The notes under the pieces are model-generated. The model saw only the letters and a program-made list of their open reading frames with translations. It was not told where the DNA came from and did no database searches. A stretch of 64,000 nucleotides of DNA from Deferribacterales bacterium (GTDB taxonomy: Bacteria > Chrysiogenota > Deferribacteres > Deferribacterales > Geovibrionaceae). Position 1 is the stretch's first letter. Every line of letters starts with the position of its first letter. The stretch lies in NCBI GenBank assembly GCA_050253075.1, contig JBFWJS010000001.1, forward strand, positions 480,001 through 544,000. The letters are read 5' to 3'. Of the stretch, positions 58,556-64,000 are shown piece by piece. The translations under genes were made by a program, and so were the position numbers.

Positions 58556-59383
58556 CTACGAAAGTGCCACACGGTTAATGCGGCTTGGCTTCCGTTGGGG
58601 GATTCGGTGGTGTACAGTCGCAGGGTAGCCGAATGTCATCACTGCGCCTATTGTGTGATCCTCGGGTATACCCAGATCGCACTTCATCTCGGGTGCGAGG
58701 TGCTCTATGAGGAACTTTACGATGTGGTTCCAGCATACGCCGACGCCGTGGGTGTTTGCGGCGATGTCAAAGAATGTCGCAGCGATAATGCCGTCGTGGT
58801 CGGGTGTTATTGCGCTCTTCGGATTTGAAGATACAAACATGTGGGGCGCATTGCGGAAGAATATATTCACTCCGCCCTCTATCCACATGGTGATATAGTC
58901 AAAGAGGTATGCAGGCAGGTCATAGTCCGCTCTGTTATCAAGAACCTCTTTCAGCTTTGCTTTTGCCTTTGTTTTAAACTTTTCCATGTCGGTGCTGTTG
59001 TCTATCACGGTGAATGTGACGCTCATCTCATTCTTTCCTGTGGGGGCATAGGCTGTCACGTCCAGTATCCTGCTCAATGTTTCGGTATCGACGTCTCTTT
59101 CTTTGAAATTCCTGCATGAACGTCTTGATTTAAGCAGCAGGTCGATATTGTCCACATCCGGGGAAAAGTGCTTAAGGGAAATGCTGTTTTCGGGATTTGC
59201 TCCGTTGAGCGTGATTGCCGATGTCGGGCATACTGCCATGCAGTGCTGACATTCGACGCAAGCGGGCTCTTTCTCTGCAGCCATGAAAGGCTTGCCGTCC
59301 TCCATGGATAAAAGCAGGAACGGGCAGGTATTTACGCACTTCCCGCAGGAAATGCAGGCGGAATCCTTCAGATCAAAAAACAT
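58556..59383 (-). CDS. Nitroreductase family protein with N-terminal 2x[4Fe-4S] ferredoxin domain
   Basis: CISCGKCVNTCP, CVECQHCMAVCP, SRRSCRNF, APTGKN; start 59383 after GGAGG. Confidence 0.92.
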   Translation of the reverse strand: MFFDLKDSACISCGKCVNTCPFLLLSMEDGKPFMAAEKEPACVECQHCMAVCPTSAITLNGANPENSISLKHFSPDVDNIDLLLKSRRSCRNFKERDVDTETLSRILDVTAYAPTGKNEMSVTFTVIDNSTDMEKFKTKAKAKLKEVLDNRADYDLPAYLFDYITMWIEGGVNIFFRNAPHMFVSSNPKSAITPDHDGIIAATFFDIAANTHGVGVCWNHIVKFLIEHLAPEMKCDLGIPEDHTIGAVMTFGYPATVHHRIPQRKPSRINRVALS

Positions 59384-59402
59384 TCTAACCTCCATTAGTA
59401 GA

Positions 59403-59416
59403 TGACCAGTTGGTCA
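59403..59416. promoter_or_regulatory. TetR operator upstream of the nitroreductase
   Basis: TGACCA-GT-TGGTCA palindrome, matching the site at 60046-60061. Confidence 0.75.
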
Positions 59417-59437
59417 AGTAAATGCTGAAAAAATATA

Positions 59438-60031
59438 TTACTTGGCGCCGATAAGGCGGAAAGCTCCTTTATAGATATCTTTCAAAACTTCGGGGTCGTT
59501 ATATATGCGGGCATAGGTGAGTGCGCCGCCCATAAGGCTGTACAGCCACTCTGCGATAAGGACAGGGTCGCCGTTTTCTATACTGCCGTCCTCCATCGCT
59601 TCTTTCAGGGTGCTGCGGAGGAGCTCTTTCATCTCGTTTATGATGGATGTTATCCTGTCGGATATATCCTTTTCCATCGATGCAGACTCGGCTCCCAGAT
59701 CAAAATACGGGCATCCGCTGGCAAAGCCTGTCTTCTCTTTCAGTGCTTTCTGGTGCTGGTATCCCATGTCCAGATAGTCCTTTATGCGCTCCAGAGGCGG
59801 TTTAGAGGAGGAGAAAGTGTTGCAGGTGTGCATACTTTCATTCTTCCAGTGAAATTCTATGGCATCGGCTGCGAGCTCGTTCTTCGATTTGAAAAAGTGG
59901 TAGAAACTTCCCTTCTTAACGCCTGCTTCCGCACAGATATTATCAACACTGACAGAGTAATAACTGCGTTCCCAGAATAGCTTTAAGGCTGCATCAAGTA
60001 GTTTCTGTTTGGCATCGCTGCATCTTCCCAT
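59438..60031 (-). CDS. TetR/AcrR family regulator (NemR-like)
   Basis: AGVKKGSFYHFFKSK HTH, SGCP; start set to ATG 60031 (MGRCSDAK). Confidence 0.9.
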   Translation of the reverse strand: MGRCSDAKQKLLDAALKLFWERSYYSVSVDNICAEAGVKKGSFYHFFKSKNELAADAIEFHWKNESMHTCNTFSSSKPPLERIKDYLDMGYQHQKALKEKTGFASGCPYFDLGAESASMEKDISDRITSIINEMKELLRSTLKEAMEDGSIENGDPVLIAEWLYSLMGGALTYARIYNDPEVLKDIYKGAFRLIGAK

Positions 60032-60038
60032 AAAACGG

Positions 60039-60067
60039 AATATACTTGACTGATCGGTCAAATGCAA
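60039..60067 (-). promoter_or_regulatory. Leaderless sigma70 promoter of tetR with the operator in the spacer
   Basis: Minus strand TTGCAT-[TTGACCGATCAGTCAAG]-TATATT-7 nt-ATG. Confidence 0.75.
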
Positions 60068-60170
60068 GGTCTTTTTGTAAAGTCCCATTTAACGGGCTTT
60101 CCGATAATCGTTGTGTTGAGTTAGATTTTATATTAATAATATAGCTCAATGATTTTGATGGAGTTTTAAG

Positions 60171-61094
60171 ATGAAGGTAGTATTTATGGGAACGCCTGAA
60201 ATGGCGGTGCCTACCCTGAAAGAACTTTTGGATAATAATATAGAAGTGCCTCTGGTGATAACCCAGACAGACAAGCCGAAAGGCAGAGGCAAGCAGATGC
60301 AGGCTCCCCCTGTGAAGGAATATGCTATCGAGCAGGGGATAGAGGTGTATCAGCCCCAGAGCCTGAGAAATAATGCAGAAGCACTGGAAAAGATAAAGAG
60401 TGTCGAGCCTGACTTCCTCGTTGTTGTCGCATATGGGAAGATTCTCCCGCAGGAAGTTCTGGACAGCCCGAAGTATGCCCCTGTTAATGTACACTTCAGC
60501 CTGCTGCCTAAATATCGCGGTGCAGCCCCTGTGAACTGGGCAGTTATAAACGGCGAGAAAGAGACAGGCGTCGCAACGATGCTTATGGATGCGGGGCTGG
60601 ATACGGGAGACATACTCCTTGTAGAGGCTACGCCGATAGGCAAAAAGACAGCCCTCGACATAGCCGAGGAGCTCTCTGTGACAGGTGCGAAGCTCCTCAT
60701 CAAAACACTGAAAGAATTTGAAAGCATTACTCCCGTAAAGCAGAACGAAGCAGAGATGACATACGCCCCCCTTATGAAGAAGGATGACGGATGTGTCGAC
60801 TGGTCGAAATCTGCCGAAGAGATAGAGTGCATGATACGCGGATTCCAGCCGTGGCCCGCTGTTTACAGCACATTAAACGGTAAAACCGTAAAACTTTTTT
60901 CCGCCGAAATTGTCAAAGCTCCGGAGGGGCTCGCAAACGGTGAGGTTTATGACGTTACTAAAAAGAGCTTTTCTATAAAGTGCGGCGTGGGCGGACTCCA
61001 GATACTGGAGCTTCAGCCCGAAGGGAAGAAGAGAATGCCAGTGGGCAGCTTCCTCGCAGGCGCACAGCTTAAAGGCGGCGAAAAGTTTGAATAA
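60171..61094 (+). CDS. fmt: Methionyl-tRNA formyltransferase
   Basis: FMGTPE, DKPKGRG, VAYGKILP, NVHFSLLPKYRGAAP, LDTGD. Confidence 0.97.
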   Translation: MKVVFMGTPEMAVPTLKELLDNNIEVPLVITQTDKPKGRGKQMQAPPVKEYAIEQGIEVYQPQSLRNNAEALEKIKSVEPDFLVVVAYGKILPQEVLDSPKYAPVNVHFSLLPKYRGAAPVNWAVINGEKETGVATMLMDAGLDTGDILLVEATPIGKKTALDIAEELSVTGAKLLIKTLKEFESITPVKQNEAEMTYAPLMKKDDGCVDWSKSAEEIECMIRGFQPWPAVYSTLNGKTVKLFSAEIVKAPEGLANGEVYDVTKKSFSIKCGVGGLQILELQPEGKKRMPVGSFLAGAQLKGGEKFE

Positions 61095-61863
61095 AAAGAT
61101 GATATCGAAAGACAGGGCAATATTTATGGCGCTCTTCTTTCTGTCCGGATCTGTTCTGTTCGGCGCAGGGCTCATCGTATGGTATTTCATGTCGATAGGT
61201 GCTGCGGTTATTTCAAAGGAGATATCTGCCGTTATATCGGGGATATTTATCCTTTTTGCGCTGTCTATGACATTTTTCTCTATAATTTTTGCGTATACTG
61301 CTCTCACGGGACGGCATTATGCGCATGTGAAAGGCTTCCGCCGTGTGGCACAGAGGCTGACGCTCCCCCTTATACTCCGCACGGGTAAGATGCTCGGGGT
61401 GGAAAAGGACAGGATAGTCAGAGCTTTCATAAACATTAACAACGAGATAGTACGCAGCCTCGTTCAGAATAAAAAGCCCGAGAACATACTGGTTCTCCTC
61501 CCCCATTGTCTTCAGCTGGAGGACTGTGACCTTAAGCTGACGAGCGATATAGGCAAGTGTGTGGGCTGTGGGAAATGCGATATAAAAGACCTTGTCGAAA
61601 TCGCAGAGAGATATAATTTATCAATAAATGTCGCCACAGGCGGTACAGTGGCGAGACGCATAGTGAAGGAATCCAGGCCGGATGTTATACTGGCTGTTGC
61701 TTGTGAGCGTGACCTTCTCAGCGGTATACAGGACACCTACCCGCTCCCCGTCATCGGGTTCTGCAACAGACGCCCCAACGGCGAATGCAGGAGCACAAGG
61801 GTGAATGTCCGCATGATAGAGGATGAAATAAAAAATATATATAAATCTCAGGAGGCAATATGA
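61087..61863 (+). CDS. DUF116 domain membrane protein (Cys-rich)
   Basis: Two TMs, LLPHCLQ..C...C..C..C, VATGGT.AR, AVACERDL..G. Confidence 0.85.
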   Translation: MNKKMISKDRAIFMALFFLSGSVLFGAGLIVWYFMSIGAAVISKEISAVISGIFILFALSMTFFSIIFAYTALTGRHYAHVKGFRRVAQRLTLPLILRTGKMLGVEKDRIVRAFININNEIVRSLVQNKKPENILVLLPHCLQLEDCDLKLTSDIGKCVGCGKCDIKDLVEIAERYNLSINVATGGTVARRIVKESRPDVILAVACERDLLSGIQDTYPLPVIGFCNRRPNGECRSTRVNVRMIEDEIKNIYKSQEAI

Positions 61864-62726
61864 GTAATACGCTTAAGACCGCATTTTTTATGACACTGCT
61901 TACGGTGCTTTTTATAGCTATCGGTGGAGTGCTTGGCGGCCGTGGCGGTGTGATTATGGCTTTTGGTTTTGCGATGGCGATGAACTTCTTCTCTTACTGG
62001 TTCAGCCACAGCATAATCCTTAAGATGTACAGAGCGAAAGAAGTTACCGAGGCGGAAGCGCCCGACCTTTACAGGATAGTCCGCAGACTGGCTGAAAAGG
62101 GCGGACTGCCCATGCCGAAGGTTTATATAATGAACAACCCTTCACCGAACGCATTTGCGACAGGGCGAGACCCTAAACACGGTGTTGTGGCTGTCACAAC
62201 GGGTATCATGCAGATACTGAACGAAGACGAGCTCGAAGGCGTTATCGCACACGAGCTGGCGCACATCCACGGACGTGACATCCTTATCGGTACGATAGCT
62301 GCGACATTCGCAGGTGCTATAATGATGCTGGCCGACTGGGCAAGGTTTGCCGCTATGTTCGGCGGATTCTCCCGTGATGATGAAGAGGGCGGACACCCTG
62401 CGGGCATTATAGTGGTGATACTGGTGAGCATACTCGCCCCTATCGCTGCCATGCTTGTGCAGATGGCTATCAGCCGTTCGAGGGAATACCTCGCAGACGA
62501 GCGCGGTGCACACCTTTCGGGTAAGCCTCAGGCACTCGCAAGCGCACTGGCTAAGATATCCGGAGCAGCAGAGTATAACCCTATGGAGAACGCAAAACCT
62601 GCCACGGCGCACATGATGATAATCAACCCGCTGAAAGGGAAGAGCCTGCTCTCTCTCTTTGCTACTCACCCACCTGTGGAGGAGCGCATACAGCGTCTTA
62701 ACGCTATCGCTCAGAAGATAGGCTAA
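61860..62726 (+). CDS. htpX: Zinc metalloprotease HtpX
   Basis: PNAFATGR, HELAH, SRSREYLAD, THPP..ERI. Confidence 0.96.
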   Translation: MSNTLKTAFFMTLLTVLFIAIGGVLGGRGGVIMAFGFAMAMNFFSYWFSHSIILKMYRAKEVTEAEAPDLYRIVRRLAEKGGLPMPKVYIMNNPSPNAFATGRDPKHGVVAVTTGIMQILNEDELEGVIAHELAHIHGRDILIGTIAATFAGAIMMLADWARFAAMFGGFSRDDEEGGHPAGIIVVILVSILAPIAAMLVQMAISRSREYLADERGAHLSGKPQALASALAKISGAAEYNPMENAKPATAHMMIINPLKGKSLLSLFATHPPVEERIQRLNAIAQKIG

Positions 62727-63865
62727 TGGCAGATAAATACAGAAAAAGACTGTTTAACCTGCTGAAATCCTACTACAAGGGAAGTCTGAGAGAAGACTAC
62801 TTTGAGGATTCTGCAGAGCAGAGATTTTACAGAAAAATATACTTTGAAACATTCAGGCATCTCGGATTTCTCGAGGGGTGCATTGATAAACTTTGCAGTC
62901 AGACACCCGGACCGGAGCTGAGATCGGCTCTGGTTCTGGGCGCCTGTCAGATGCTCTTTATGGACGACATACCGGACTATGCCGCCGTGAACGAGACTGT
63001 AACCCTTGTTCCTCAGAATAAGCGCAGTTTTGTCAACGCCGTACTGCGTAATGTCGGCCGCAGGAAAGAAGAGTTCCTCGGCAATTACAATGTCCGTGCA
63101 GATTTCCCAGAGTGGTTTGTGAAACGCTGGGAAGCAAAGCTGGGCGGAAGCCTTGAGGAATTCCTCACAGACCTGAACACAAAGCCGTCATTCTATGGTG
63201 TGGATACAGACACTATGGAAATGAAGAAGCTCGATGAATACAGCGACGATATGTACATCATGGACAGAGCATCCTATGCCGTTGCGAAGCTGGCGGGGAA
63301 CAGCATGCCTATGTCCATACTGGACTGCTGTGCTGCTCCCGGCGGGAAGACATTTGTCCTCGCTAAGACATATCCTGATGCAAGGGTCTTCGCCGTGGAA
63401 AAGTCTGAACGCAGATTTGAAAAGCTGAAGGAAAACATTGCAGAGCTGGGTTTGGGTAATGTGGACTGCATACACAGCGATATCTTCGAGCTGGAGACAG
63501 AGGCAGAGTTCGACCTTATACTCCTCGATGCACCCTGTTCCGCTCTGGGCACCATAAAGCGTCACCCTGAGGTGCGCTGGTTCAGAAGCGAAAAGGACAT
63601 AAAGGAAAACGCCAGAAGACAGTTCGGCATTTTGAAGAAAGTTTCACAGTTTCTCGCTCCGGGCGGAAAGATAATATACTCCGTCTGCTCTATGGAAGAC
63701 GAAGAGACTGTAGATGTCATAAAAGAATTTCTCGAATCCAATAAGTCTTTTAAAGTTGTTCCGCCTGTGTGCGACGACGATTTCAGAGACGGTGACTTCT
63801 TCCGTTCACTGCCGTATAAGAACGACGCCGACGGATTTTTTGCCGCTGTTCTGACAAAGAACTGA
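62726..63865 (+). CDS. rsmB: 16S rRNA m5C methyltransferase RsmB/Sun (NusB-like N-terminus)
   Basis: PDYAAVNETV, FVNAVLR, LDCCAAPGGKT, DAPCS, YSVCS, DGFF. Confidence 0.9.
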   Translation: MADKYRKRLFNLLKSYYKGSLREDYFEDSAEQRFYRKIYFETFRHLGFLEGCIDKLCSQTPGPELRSALVLGACQMLFMDDIPDYAAVNETVTLVPQNKRSFVNAVLRNVGRRKEEFLGNYNVRADFPEWFVKRWEAKLGGSLEEFLTDLNTKPSFYGVDTDTMEMKKLDEYSDDMYIMDRASYAVAKLAGNSMPMSILDCCAAPGGKTFVLAKTYPDARVFAVEKSERRFEKLKENIAELGLGNVDCIHSDIFELETEAEFDLILLDAPCSALGTIKRHPEVRWFRSEKDIKENARRQFGILKKVSQFLAPGGKIIYSVCSMEDEETVDVIKEFLESNKSFKVVPPVCDDDFRDGDFFRSLPYKNDADGFFAAVLTKN

Positions 63866-63946
63866 TCATTTCAGTGCCGATATCCCTTGTGGGTGGGGTG
63901 TATCAAGCATATGTTTATATGCATATGATACCCTCGGAGGCACAAT

Positions 63947-64000
63947 ATGAAAGCTCTCGTTTATAACGGTCCGGGGCGTAAAGCTCTGGAAGAAAGACCA
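63947..64000 (+). CDS. Start of a probable zinc-dependent alcohol dehydrogenase-family gene (3'-truncated)
   Basis: GGAGG RBS then MKALVYNGPGRKALEERP; only 18 codons visible. Confidence 0.6.
   Translation, partial: MKALVYNGPGRKALEERP

Noticed and set aside
60032..60088. ORF-track upstream start of tetR (likewise 27515 for lpxC, 10228 for cinA, 59395 for the nitroreductase)
   Set aside because: The extensions run through promoter, operator or RBS sequence; downstream starts fit better
63878..63930. Imperfect palindromes upstream of the terminal dehydrogenase gene
   Set aside because: Weak, single occurrence, and the downstream context is outside the window

Overview
Bacterial chromosome segment of moderate GC. 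Gene content and style suggest a Deferribacterota-like Gram-negative anaerobe; this is an inference and was not tested. Most of the window is housekeeping backbone: clpX-lon-rpsU, secA, hisBHA-pgpA-cinA, lpxC, glnE, yajQ, ppk2, rnj-uppP-ftsK, ndh, cysQ, a sigma54 two-component system and fmt-DUF116-htpX-rsmB. A visibly AT-rich ~16 kb ABC-transporter-dependent surface-polysaccharide locus (11.5-27.4 kb) is embedded in it and is the most interesting part. It encodes (i) a single 1271-aa methyltransferase/beta-sandwich/coiled-coil/GT4 protein that looks like a terminator-ruler-polymerase; its coiled coil carries an exact in-frame 300-bp tandem duplication bounded by an 11-bp microhomology. It also encodes (ii) a Wzt with an extra domain resembling one in that protein, and (iii) a secreted 1023-aa beta-propeller plus transglutaminase-like protein near an AsnB-type amidotransferase, reminiscent of the Bordetella uronamide/WbmE deamidase logic. 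Other notable items are a fic-wHTH gene flanked on both sides by the same 35-bp palindrome, a family of GTC-tagged REP-like doublets with covarying internal hairpins, a sigma54 promoter on lpxC, two apparently leaderless genes, a globin-PsiE fusion apparently lacking the proximal His, and a divergent phosphohexomutase. No rRNA, tRNA, CRISPR array or transposase was seen.
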